DNA of 64,000 nt, from the IMG/VR virus record IMGVR_UViG_3300010352_001034. One strand, written 5' to 3'. This document shows, piece after piece, positions 1 through 9,950 of the stretch. The notes beneath the pieces were generated by a model. The model saw nothing but the letters and a program-made list of their open reading frames with translations, was not told where the DNA came from and made no database searches. The stretch comes from a virus. Its lineage: Duplodnaviria > Caudoviricetes. Position 1 is the first letter of the stretch; each line of letters begins with the position of its first letter. The translations under genes were made by a program, and so were the position numbers.

Positions 1-95
1 CCTGCGGCTTCGAAATGGATAGAGATCGGAATGCAGCTATAAATATTAAACGGGCCGGAACGGCCCTTATGATGACGGCAAAGCCGCTGTTTTAG
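1..95 (+). CDS. tnpB: TnpB (IS200/IS605 RNA-guided endonuclease), 3' fragment running off the window start
   Basis: Frame 3 (3..95) reads CGFEMDRDRNAAINIKRAGTALMMTAKPLF*. This is the end of the Zn ribbon plus the RuvC-III motif DRDxNAAxNI diagnostic of TnpB. Not in the ORF track. Confidence 0.9.
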   Translation, partial: CGFEMDRDRNAAINIKRAGTALMMTAKPLF

Positions 96-126
96 AAGCC
101 TCTTCCTTTAGGAAGAGGTGGTTCAC
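1..126 (+). mobile_element. IS200/IS605-family element (tnpB-bearing), right end
   Basis: After the tnpB stop: GAAG-CCTCTTCC-TTTA-GGAAGAGG-TGGTTCAC, a perfect 8-bp subterminal hairpin (99-118) with terminal TCAC (123-126). This is the usual right-end layout of these elements, and local GC is much higher than the flank. Confidence 0.85.
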
Positions 127-309
127 TTAAACCTCCTTCGTCGGTTTAAATAAAGTTTGAGAACCAGAATTTAAATCATTGATTGGCGTAGCCAATCTAA
201 AAGTAACTTTAAAAAGTTTTTTTAGATATATCATATATCCAAACTCATGATCAAAAATCCAACTATTTGCATTTTGATATGTCGATTTTTTGAAATCAGC
301 CAAAATCAA
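127..309 (-). CDS. Small hypothetical protein (may be spurious)
   Basis: 60-aa ORF. Its TTG start overlaps the upstream TGA, and its TAA stop abuts the IS right end exactly. No recognisable motif. Confidence 0.3.
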   Translation of the reverse strand: MILADFKKSTYQNANSWIFDHEFGYMIYLKKLFKVTFRLATPINDLNSGSQTLFKPTKEV

Positions 310-3260
310 GGCAAATCAGTTGCAATGTTGCCGGATTTTGTGTAGGATATTGTAAGTGGAGTATTGAGCCAACCAGATTTTTTTAACTCAACTGTAATTT
401 GAACTTTGGTTCTTAACATTGAATTAATTGTATCACATTTTAAATTTGTCATTTTGAATTGCAATACACCTGTTTCATTTAACAATTGAATTCCCATAAT
501 AGGATCAACTATTGTTCCATATCCATCAGCCGTTGTATATCCATCAAAATTTGGTGAATATGCTTGAACTGCCGCTGAAAAACGTAATTGATTTAATCCA
601 AGCGCTTCAGATGTTACAAACGAACCGTCCGCAAATCTCATAGCTGGATATCCCAATTTTGTATATCCCGTTCCTGTCGTATCCATTACAAAATTATGAA
701 ATATATCAATACTACTGGCCCCATGTCCTTCTGGAAGTTCAATAACCACTGTGGCAGTTTCATAATCTACGTTATGATACTGGTTGGCATTTCTTAAAAT
801 TTGGCCGCCTATTATCAAATTACCAGGCACATACATGTCATTATGTCCACCTAAAATTTCGGGGCTCATATAACGGGTTTTAGAATTAAATAAATTATCT
901 AAATTTTCTGATACAGAATTTATCTTATCGTAATTGGTAAATGTACAAGGTAAAAATCTTGCACGATATGTTGTAAATACTAAACTCCCATCCCAATAAT
1001 CATTTTCATTTGTTATAGCAAATGTTAAATTTTGAAATGGAATCATATTAAAAAATATGTCATTCAATAAATTAACTGGTTTTGGATTTCCATAATACTT
1101 AATTTGATCATCTGTTAAATTTGCAATAGGTAATAAATTTGAACTATAAGGGTTTTCACGAATATATTGATCTGAATAATCATAATATTCATCACAACGT
1201 CCTATATTATTTTCTAATGTTAGAATTAATGTTTTAAATGTTCCACCCGCTGTTGTAGCTGAATCATTATTCACATATTTTCTAATGTTTTCAATATCAT
1301 CAATTCCAACTGTACCATCTTGATTTACATCTGCTCGTAATACTTCCATAGAAGTTATAACAGAACTGCCAACAATTGCTCCATTAACAATACTTGTTTG
1401 TGTGGTTTGTTTTGTTAAACTTTCTCCAACCAATTCTTGAGCACGTATTAAATCTTCTATGGTAATTTTACCATCACCATTAACATCTCCTAAACCAAAA
1501 TTAGCCTCTTGTACATCTACAATTCTATAAATATATTGAGGATGGCTTATATTTGGAGTCAACTTGCACCCAATTAAATTAATTGCTAATAAAGCAGATT
1601 TAGGATTTACTATATAAAATTTATCTTTTACAGCCATTCCAAATCCATAACTGTCTGTATATGAATATGCTGATTTGTTATTCATATCCATTCCGCATCC
1701 TAATATAATTGGGTCAGATGTAGTCTTCAACGTATTCAATGAAGAACTTGATATTGTACTGACTACTGCATTATATTTTTCTTTAGAATAAACGTTATTT
1801 CCTGTACGAGCATCTTGTACTTTTGTAGTTGGTGTTTTTACAGATTCTACAATAGCATAATTTAATTGATTTTGCCCACTGTTTACAAATGATATTGTAT
1901 CATAAATATAATCAATTGTTCCACCTGTATCTTCATCAATTGCAATTTTGGGAACACTCATATTAATTCCACTATCAACCCCCATACCATCTGCTACTTT
2001 GAAATTGTCTGACCAAATTTCATACCACATATTTTCATTTGAAACATTTGTCCATACCACTCCATTGAAAAATGTAAATTTCGATTTGTCAGTTGCCGTA
2101 TTGCCTGTTACTGTAAATAGATTTCCAATAGATGTATCTCCAATTCGTTGTATACAAACCATATAATACTTATTAGCTTCTATACCTGAATTTAAAGAAT
2201 TGGCTATTTTCGTATTTGAAAATACAAAATCAACAGGTTGTTCTACATCATTTAATACAATACCTCTTGCATTTAACATAGATTGAGTTATTGTCATTTG
2301 AGCTAATGGCGTTGGATCAGGTTGAAAATCAATTGCATTAGATGGTATTACATCATAAGATGAATTTGTTGCAGATGTTTGTAATGCATATATGGTTACA
2401 ACCAAATCGCCTGACCAATCATACTTATTGGAACCGTCAAGTGTTGCACCTAATAAAATTCTTATTTTTTGAATATTATTTGATGTGGATAGAAACTTTT
2501 GTCCATATCGAGTTGTAATATCACTTGCTGGTAATGTACGATTTTTATAAGCAGTTGTTTTTATATTTAAATTATCAACAGAATAATTATTACCAATAAC
2601 ATCAGTTATAACTTGCTTTAATGCAGTTGTTATATTTGCTCCTAAGGATAAACTATATAATTTTAAATCTCGAAAGAATAGATTTGGTTCAACATTTTGA
2701 CTGGATGTTATTAGACTTTTAGATAAATGCATTGGATGAGCTTCTTGTATGGTTATTGTACCACCATATACTCTGCTTCCATTGCTATTTCCTTTGAAAT
2801 TGTTAAATATTAATCCTAATATATTTACAAAATGTTTTTTACTTATTTGTGTTTCATTTCTATGAAAATAAAATGTTTCATATTGTAAATTATTATCAAA
2901 ATCAAGACCAACAATTAATACTTTTACACTCTTTCTACCACATACTATAGAATTTTGTAATGTAATTTCTAATTGACATCCTAATGATTTATCAGAAGGT
3001 TGTGCATGAGCTTTAATTCCTATTCCATCAAATCGATTCGCAGCAACATGAACACTTTGTTGAGGTGTCAATTGATCGGAATGAAATAAATAAGTTCTTT
3101 CTGGTACATTTGGAATTAATCCAGAACCAAAAAAATTATGTACGATAGCAGATTGAGTTTGAATATTGTAAGATTGCTCACTTACAATATCGGATTGATT
3201 TACTTTTTGTCCATCTCTCCAAATTACTTTCTCAACCGATATTGGTAATCTAAAAGTCAT
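306..3260 (-). CDS. Baseplate/tail structural protein with internal dockerin-type (paired EF-hand-like) domain
   Basis: 984 aa, last large gene of the baseplate cluster. N-terminal WRDGQKVNQSDIVSEQ resembles baseplate/fibre anchor starts. Repeats GDVNGDGKITIEDL and ADVNQDGTVGIDDI at 1272-1490. Confidence 0.7.
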   Translation of the reverse strand: MTFRLPISVEKVIWRDGQKVNQSDIVSEQSYNIQTQSAIVHNFFGSGLIPNVPERTYLFHSDQLTPQQSVHVAANRFDGIGIKAHAQPSDKSLGCQLEITLQNSIVCGRKSVKVLIVGLDFDNNLQYETFYFHRNETQISKKHFVNILGLIFNNFKGNSNGSRVYGGTITIQEAHPMHLSKSLITSSQNVEPNLFFRDLKLYSLSLGANITTALKQVITDVIGNNYSVDNLNIKTTAYKNRTLPASDITTRYGQKFLSTSNNIQKIRILLGATLDGSNKYDWSGDLVVTIYALQTSATNSSYDVIPSNAIDFQPDPTPLAQMTITQSMLNARGIVLNDVEQPVDFVFSNTKIANSLNSGIEANKYYMVCIQRIGDTSIGNLFTVTGNTATDKSKFTFFNGVVWTNVSNENMWYEIWSDNFKVADGMGVDSGINMSVPKIAIDEDTGGTIDYIYDTISFVNSGQNQLNYAIVESVKTPTTKVQDARTGNNVYSKEKYNAVVSTISSSSLNTLKTTSDPIILGCGMDMNNKSAYSYTDSYGFGMAVKDKFYIVNPKSALLAINLIGCKLTPNISHPQYIYRIVDVQEANFGLGDVNGDGKITIEDLIRAQELVGESLTKQTTQTSIVNGAIVGSSVITSMEVLRADVNQDGTVGIDDIENIRKYVNNDSATTAGGTFKTLILTLENNIGRCDEYYDYSDQYIRENPYSSNLLPIANLTDDQIKYYGNPKPVNLLNDIFFNMIPFQNLTFAITNENDYWDGSLVFTTYRARFLPCTFTNYDKINSVSENLDNLFNSKTRYMSPEILGGHNDMYVPGNLIIGGQILRNANQYHNVDYETATVVIELPEGHGASSIDIFHNFVMDTTGTGYTKLGYPAMRFADGSFVTSEALGLNQLRFSAAVQAYSPNFDGYTTADGYGTIVDPIMGIQLLNETGVLQFKMTNLKCDTINSMLRTKVQITVELKKSGWLNTPLTISYTKSGNIATDLP

Positions 3261-3268
3261 GTGCCCTT

Positions 3269-6200
3269 TTAATTTGTAATGTAATTGATAAATGCTCTTG
3301 ATACAGCTGGTTTTAGTTTTTTAACCAATGTATTTAAAATTTCTTTTGATTTTGGACTATTTTCAATAATATCAAAAGAGTCTATTACATCTAGTTCAAA
3401 ATCATAAATACCACTAACTTGATTTTTTAATATCGCAAAATCTTCTATCTTATTAACTGAACTATCAAAGTCCATCAAATATGTTGTATACAAATCTTTA
3501 ACAACTGGTAATGCTTTTTCTGGTAAAGCATAATCATTGTCAATTAATTTATTTCCAATTTGTAATAATGGTTTTATCCTACTACTTATCTTCAAATTAT
3601 CAATTCTACAATGTGCTATCGCTCCACCAAATGAATTTCCACCTATATATAATTTGTTAAACATTTCTTTTAATGTGATATTTGTCTTTATACTAGTTAA
3701 AACGCTTGGATTGGTCAATTGTGAAAACTTATATGCCGATCCAAATGTCATTCCTGTTCCAAAACATATTTTGTTTTTTTCAATTCCATCAATAAATAAA
3801 TGCATTTCATCTTGTTTATTTTTACTATTGCATTTCCATGTTGCTGTTATTTTATGCCATGTGTCTCTAGGCCAAAATGCAGGTGCAGATAATGAATATA
3901 ATTTACCATTTCCAACAATATCAAAATTAATAGAATTTGTTGGTGTCTTATATATAGAGATTCTATCTCCATTGCCTCGATAAGGTATATAAATAACTGT
4001 TATTTCTGTATTTGAATTAGGTAATGGATTGCTTAGTTTTATTGAATAACTATTTTCATTTAATTTGCACTCATCTGCATAATTTTTATTTCCATAACCA
4101 TTTACAGTTATACTTAAAACATATTTAGCAGGCCGCGTTAATGTAATATCACATTTTGATAAACTTGTAACAGTCTCAACATAACTTGCTGTTGTATCAA
4201 AAAACATTCTATATTTTGGATCATTAGCTGTATCAAATTTAGGACTTATCCAAAATTCTATTGTGCCTTCTTTATTAAAAAGTATATTCGTATTGTTAAT
4301 TATAAATGGAACTTGATCAACATATAATGCATTATTAAAACTTTCATTTACTCCTTGATCAGTTTGTGAATAAATATCACTATATGCTTCGTATACTATA
4401 GACGAATCAATAATTGGTTTTTTATCTAAATGTAATAACAATAATGTTTTCTTATCTTCAACATATGATATTATATTGTTATTATCAAATGTTATTGAAT
4501 GTTTGGTATTTACAGCCTCTCCTATACGAGTATCTGTTGATGCTATATTCAATGACCTAATTTCTTCCAATATTGCATTTGCTTGTTTACATTTATTATA
4601 ATCACTGCCTATTGCACAATTGGTTTGTTTTATTTCAAATGGAATTTCTAAATAGGTAGCATAATCCAAATCATAATAACCTTTTTGTAGGTAATAAGGC
4701 ATTCCTGCATAACCCGCTTGTTCAAATGTAAATTGACCATTTGCATACCCAGAACGAGAAATAGAAACATTATACAAACTACCTGAACCATTTGTAAATT
4801 CAATTACAGTTTGATTTACATTTACATGATATGTATCAATCACTTCTGTAATTGTAAAATATCCAGCAGATCCTATTGGAGATTCAACAACTAAAACATA
4901 TCCAACATGTGAACTATCAAATGCTGGTAATGTAGATGTTATTGTTTTATTTGTTCCACTTAGAGTATTGGTAAATGTATTTTCTTTATAACTATATCTA
5001 ATTGCAGCAAAATTACCTTCATTTTCTTGTATTGTAATACTATATGCTTCTTTTACTTCTAATACAAAAGCGGTTTTATTTGCTTGAAGTAAAACAGCAG
5101 AACAAACAATATTTGTTATTGTAATAAATTTTTCTTTTGTTTTATAAATTCCACTTTCAACAATTTCTAAAATTTCAGACGTTGCTCCAGATGCTGTTGT
5201 TCCATTAATTGTTATTAAAGGTGTTTGTGAAGTAAAATCACAATTTAACATATTATTTATATTCAATTGTAATGTGCGGCCTTTATTTGAAGAAGGTTGC
5301 ATGATAACATTTATAGATGGAGCTGACATCAATACACTGGTCTTAGGTAATAAGACAGGAATTATTTTTGTATAATCTAAATTAATTGGAGCAGGTAATT
5401 CTGTATTAATTTGATTGCAGGTCGAACTCCAATTATATATTCTTTCTTGAACACGTTTATGATTTAATCCTAATGTTCTTATTGCTACTTGATCTCCTGC
5501 CATAGCATTTCCACGTACAATTAAATTAGGTTGTCCATATTCATTAACTGTTATAGAATATGCTGGAACATTTGCTCGCAGTCCTGGTAATTCACTTTCA
5601 ACTCCATTTCTAATAATAGAAACTGCTATATTACTTTCATACATCGCTGTTGTTGTAATTGGAATTGTAATTGGATTAACCGTAAATACAACTTCTTTTA
5701 TATTATATGTAAATGTATAATCTAATCTAACTGTATGTGAATCTATTATTTTTAATATTGTGAAATATCCATTTGGTCCATTTATTATTGGATTATCTAT
5801 ATATAATTTATCACCAACATTAATGTGTGCTAATCCAAAATCTGAATTGTTACTAACAACTTCATCACTGTCTTTAGTTATAACTAAATCAATATTTGTA
5901 AGGGTATTTACTGTTATAGGATCTGATATAATTTCTGGTACAACAGTTCTAAAACGATCTGTTATGCTCGCACTTGGTCTTCCACCATATTTTAATATAT
6001 TAAATGCTTCTTGCCCATCTACAAATAAATGAAGTTCATCACGTTTATTTTTTGTTCCAATGTTCCATGATACAGCAACAAAATGTGTATCACCCTTTTT
6101 CCAATTTGATATATCTTTACTTACTTGATATGTATGAATTTTATTATAATTATCACGTTTAGCGCATACTCTAAAATTTAAATATCCATTACCATCTTTT

Positions 6201-9200
6201 AATATAGATATTCTATTTTCTTTTTCTTTATCCGAGTCAGCTAAATAATCAAACAAATAATGTTCACAATCAGACATAAATTGAATTCCATCTATGCTAT
6301 AATGGCTTTTTGGAAGATCATCTTCTGTATCACTTATTATCATTTTTATTACAACTTTTTTTGAAGCAGTCGTCATACTATCTTCAAAGTTCATAGTTTC
6401 TAACAATGGTTTTACATTATAAAATTCACCATTAGTTTGAATTGTAATATCATATTTATGAGTTAGCAAAAAATTACCTCTAGTATCTTTTGCTATCATT
6501 TTCCAATTGTTCGAATCAACATCATAATAAATATATACACCATATGTATCTAGATTATTACTATACAAATTAGATGGAACTCCATAAGTTAATTCAGTTT
6601 TTGAAATTGTAAAGTTATTGTTTGTATCTATTGTTGGATGATTATTTAAACTTCCTATCCAAATATGATCGGCTGTTAATGTAATACCATCTCTTTTTAT
6701 TGAATAAGTTATTTCAGCATCATTATCTATTCCATTCCAATTTGGAGTAACATACATTTCTAATGTGCCACGTTCTAATTTGAAATGAGATGAAAATGGT
6801 AATAAAATACTATCAGATGAATCTTTTACATTTATTGCATATTGATATTTACCAGGAACAAGCTCTAATAATCCGCTTGTAGTTGGTTTATTGTTGTATA
6901 AATAACTTGTTCCAATAATCCATTCATCATTAAAACTTTCCCAAATATAAGGTTGCGCATGTGATATTATCTTTGTAAGATTTGTTATTGATTCAACTGT
7001 TGAACCTTTTGGAAAAGTTTGTAAACATGCCATTAAAGCATCTCGATATCGTTCTCGATTTAAATCAACATTGAAATTGTGTAAAATATCCATATCTATT
7101 AACGAACCAAAATTTGAAAATAACGCATCTCGTAAAGCTCCATATTTATATGAAACATAATAAATATCATCTTCTTTTATTGTTGGCGATTCTCTAAAAT
7201 CTAAACAGTTATCACCATGTTCGTAACTTATAATGATTTCGTCATTACAATAAATATAATCTATATATAGTTCTCCACGGTTATAATCAATAAATACACT
7301 AGAATTATTCTTTAAACATATCATAACAGTTACTGTTACATTATCATTTTCTACCCCAGAACTGTCTGAAGGAAGTGTAATATCTGTACCAGTAAATGTT
7401 CCATTGTTTGCAACTGTATTATATAATTCAACGTTTGTACTATTTTTTACAGAAATTACTTTGAATATTTTTATATTTGAATTCGTGTATCCTATATCGT
7501 TTAGTTTAATAGTTTTCTTATCTAAACCAATTGTAGCCGTTGAAGTATATTCAATTGGATTTAGTGTAATAATATTATAACTTACAGAACAATTCGTAGC
7601 AAAATTTATTGGTTTTATTATATTATCATATATAGCAACACTATCATAAATAGAACGTACACTTGTAGCTTCTTCAATTAATTCTATCATTGTGTCTGAT
7701 ACAATGTTTGTTATATTGTTTGATATAGGATATTTTATTAAAGAAACTGATTTATCACTAAATTTATTAACTGTATATTTAATCGAGTTATCTTGGTCTA
7801 TATAAGAGTAAACTTTATTCACACCAACAATATGTGATTGATTTGTTACAATATCAGTTGACCGATAAGATATATCTCCAATATCATCAACTTGATTATC
7901 ATTGACTGCTACCCAAATTGTACCTGTTGAATAGTTTATTGTATATTTGCCAACAGCATCTAATGCATTAACGTTTTGAGTATCATTTAATGTTGTGTTG
8001 TAATATTTTTCAAATTGGAATACATTTTTATCTGTAAATGATACGCTTGTATTTATTTTAGATCCTATACAATCATCTGTTCCGCTTATAATAGATGTTC
8101 CAAGATTTAATTTGAATATTTTTTTGTTAAGTGTGTTTGTAAATTCATCATTTTTAATTAATGATTCTCCTGATATTTGATTAAATCTAACTCTTTCATT
8201 TGTTATATTAACAAATAATGGTGGAGTTTGATATGAAAAATAAATTGTATTATCATTAAATCTATTAATGCCATAGATCTCACCAGATGTTTCATTATAT
8301 ACTCGAAAGGCATTTGTAATAGGCGTGTGTAATACTTGAACAGCTCCACTTCCTAATACTCTATTTTCAGCTCGTTCAGTTAATTCTTCTGTGTGTACTT
8401 GTGCTTTATAATCAACATCAGGAGTTAGGTCTTCTTTATAACTATATGTTATTGTTGCTGCATTTTTAATTAATTGTCGCATTGGATTAGCAGCTATATC
8501 ACTTGTTGTAGTATCATAATTATAATCAAGTTTGTTTACATAAGTTGATCGATAATAATATGTTACAATAGGAGGAAAAGCTCCCGTTCCATCATTGTTA
8601 TTATTTTCTCCATAAACATATACTTTACCTTTTTCATAATTGATTGAATACTCTCCAATATGAGATGGTAGTTTATTTTCATCAAATGTTATTTCTTTTT
8701 GAAATGCGGGATGCTTTGATGAAAACGGAGGTGTTGATAATGGATTCAAAAATGCTATACCATCTTCAGAACATAATTTACCATATTGATCACATATATA
8801 AGTATTTCCTAATGAAAATACATTCATCAATGGCGAAATAACTTGTCGAATAGATCTACAAACAGTATAAACATCTATAGAAGATTCATCTATTGTTCTA
8901 CCTAATACTTTATAAATATAACTGACAACAATATTATCTCCAGCAACTGGAATTCTAAAACCATTACGTATAGCTTTCTCACTAAATTTAAATTGATTAT
9001 TATTCAATTCAAGATATGTAGAAGCTTTGTCATCATATTTAGATGATTGTAGTTGGTATCCATAAGTATTTATGTCATATTGTTCAGATGTTCCATCTGC
9101 ATATTTAATTAAAATATCTGTTATTTTAATTACATTGTTATATTTTAATGTACAAACAGTTTGATTGAATGTTGATAATGTATTTTTAAAACCAAATAAT

Positions 9201-9880
9201 AAACTTTCTTTTATTACATCCTCTTGTTGTAATGAAATTTGATTAGGAAATGCTGTTAAGTTTATTGTATTTGAAATTGCCGTTGATGAATTATCTAAAC
9301 CTACTCGAATAATTTCATAAGCACCTTCATTTAACAATCTATCATAAGGGCCTTTTCCACGTTTATGAAGTTCATCATTAACAGTGATTGATAAATAATT
9401 ATCTGTTTTGCTTTGTCTAATATCATTATATGCTTTAAAGAATTGTGAAGATATATTTTCAATATAACTTTTAATAATACCATCATGTTCTGTATCGTAT
9501 GGAGTGTCTTTTAAATATGCAACTAATCTATCATAAAAGAAATTATCAGGGTTATAATGTGTTTGTATCATAACAACATTAGTCACACCATCTTCATATA
9601 AAAGATTTCCCAATACACTTATAAATGGATTGTTAGGTGTCGATTGAAACAATACTTGATAAGTGCTTAAAGGTGTTAATAAAGATGTCTTTATAGTTAA
9701 TGTATTATTGTTTATATATACTTTGTTAATATAAGCATTTGGAATGTTATATCCTTTTGACGTTACTATAACATTATCAATATTTATGTTGTTGCTTAAA
9801 TTTTCCGTAAAAGTAGCTTTAATAGTACATGAGTCAATAGCTTCACAATTCGTCAATCTAAGATTAGTATTATTGGTCAT
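3269..9880 (-). CDS. Giant baseplate wedge/fibre-network protein with N-terminal Ig-like and two LamG/ConA-like domains
   Basis: 2203 aa directly downstream of baseplate J. Contains RERYRDALMACLQTFPKGST and C-terminal VKKLKPAVSRAFI (wedge gpI/gp7-like motifs). LamG motifs: GTLEMYV..HFVAVSW..LHLFVDG and GTIEFWI..WHKITATW..HLFIDG..IDNLKIS. Confidence 0.7.
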   Translation of the reverse strand: MTNNTNLRLTNCEAIDSCTIKATFTENLSNNINIDNVIVTSKGYNIPNAYINKVYINNNTLTIKTSLLTPLSTYQVLFQSTPNNPFISVLGNLLYEDGVTNVVMIQTHYNPDNFFYDRLVAYLKDTPYDTEHDGIIKSYIENISSQFFKAYNDIRQSKTDNYLSITVNDELHKRGKGPYDRLLNEGAYEIIRVGLDNSSTAISNTINLTAFPNQISLQQEDVIKESLLFGFKNTLSTFNQTVCTLKYNNVIKITDILIKYADGTSEQYDINTYGYQLQSSKYDDKASTYLELNNNQFKFSEKAIRNGFRIPVAGDNIVVSYIYKVLGRTIDESSIDVYTVCRSIRQVISPLMNVFSLGNTYICDQYGKLCSEDGIAFLNPLSTPPFSSKHPAFQKEITFDENKLPSHIGEYSINYEKGKVYVYGENNNNDGTGAFPPIVTYYYRSTYVNKLDYNYDTTTSDIAANPMRQLIKNAATITYSYKEDLTPDVDYKAQVHTEELTERAENRVLGSGAVQVLHTPITNAFRVYNETSGEIYGINRFNDNTIYFSYQTPPLFVNITNERVRFNQISGESLIKNDEFTNTLNKKIFKLNLGTSIISGTDDCIGSKINTSVSFTDKNVFQFEKYYNTTLNDTQNVNALDAVGKYTINYSTGTIWVAVNDNQVDDIGDISYRSTDIVTNQSHIVGVNKVYSYIDQDNSIKYTVNKFSDKSVSLIKYPISNNITNIVSDTMIELIEEATSVRSIYDSVAIYDNIIKPINFATNCSVSYNIITLNPIEYTSTATIGLDKKTIKLNDIGYTNSNIKIFKVISVKNSTNVELYNTVANNGTFTGTDITLPSDSSGVENDNVTVTVMICLKNNSSVFIDYNRGELYIDYIYCNDEIIISYEHGDNCLDFRESPTIKEDDIYYVSYKYGALRDALFSNFGSLIDMDILHNFNVDLNRERYRDALMACLQTFPKGSTVESITNLTKIISHAQPYIWESFNDEWIIGTSYLYNNKPTTSGLLELVPGKYQYAINVKDSSDSILLPFSSHFKLERGTLEMYVTPNWNGIDNDAEITYSIKRDGITLTADHIWIGSLNNHPTIDTNNNFTISKTELTYGVPSNLYSNNLDTYGVYIYYDVDSNNWKMIAKDTRGNFLLTHKYDITIQTNGEFYNVKPLLETMNFEDSMTTASKKVVIKMIISDTEDDLPKSHYSIDGIQFMSDCEHYLFDYLADSDKEKENRISILKDGNGYLNFRVCAKRDNYNKIHTYQVSKDISNWKKGDTHFVAVSWNIGTKNKRDELHLFVDGQEAFNILKYGGRPSASITDRFRTVVPEIISDPITVNTLTNIDLVITKDSDEVVSNNSDFGLAHINVGDKLYIDNPIINGPNGYFTILKIIDSHTVRLDYTFTYNIKEVVFTVNPITIPITTTAMYESNIAVSIIRNGVESELPGLRANVPAYSITVNEYGQPNLIVRGNAMAGDQVAIRTLGLNHKRVQERIYNWSSTCNQINTELPAPINLDYTKIIPVLLPKTSVLMSAPSINVIMQPSSNKGRTLQLNINNMLNCDFTSQTPLITINGTTASGATSEILEIVESGIYKTKEKFITITNIVCSAVLLQANKTAFVLEVKEAYSITIQENEGNFAAIRYSYKENTFTNTLSGTNKTITSTLPAFDSSHVGYVLVVESPIGSAGYFTITEVIDTYHVNVNQTVIEFTNGSGSLYNVSISRSGYANGQFTFEQAGYAGMPYYLQKGYYDLDYATYLEIPFEIKQTNCAIGSDYNKCKQANAILEEIRSLNIASTDTRIGEAVNTKHSITFDNNNIISYVEDKKTLLLLHLDKKPIIDSSIVYEAYSDIYSQTDQGVNESFNNALYVDQVPFIINNTNILFNKEGTIEFWISPKFDTANDPKYRMFFDTTASYVETVTSLSKCDITLTRPAKYVLSITVNGYGNKNYADECKLNENSYSIKLSNPLPNSNTEITVIYIPYRGNGDRISIYKTPTNSINFDIVGNGKLYSLSAPAFWPRDTWHKITATWKCNSKNKQDEMHLFIDGIEKNKICFGTGMTFGSAYKFSQLTNPSVLTSIKTNITLKEMFNKLYIGGNSFGGAIAHCRIDNLKISSRIKPLLQIGNKLIDNDYALPEKALPVVKDLYTTYLMDFDSSVNKIEDFAILKNQVSGIYDFELDVIDSFDIIENSPKSKEILNTLVKKLKPAVSRAFINYITN

Positions 9881-9950
9881 CGACCCTCTTTGTGAGAATA
9901 TCTTTTAAAATGTATATATCAATGTTTGATTATTCAGAGCTATTTAGAGT

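Larger units (their letters stand above)
1..142 (+). ncRNA. Predicted TnpB omega-RNA (reRNA): scaffold to 126 plus guide from flanking DNA (approx. 127-142)
   Basis: Three hairpins overlap the tnpB 3' end: GGGCCG-GAA-CGGCCC (52-66), CGGC-AAA-GCCG (76-86) and the 99-118 hairpin, ending at TCAC. By established TnpB biology the guide is the sequence just outside the right end (TTAAACCTCCTTCGTC...). The 5' boundary and guide length are not determinable here. Confidence 0.65.

Noticed and set aside
127-146. Second target of the TnpB guide within the window
   Set aside because: Only short TTAAACCT matches were noticed (near 55051 and 60785), with no extended match by eye. A proper search is still needed.
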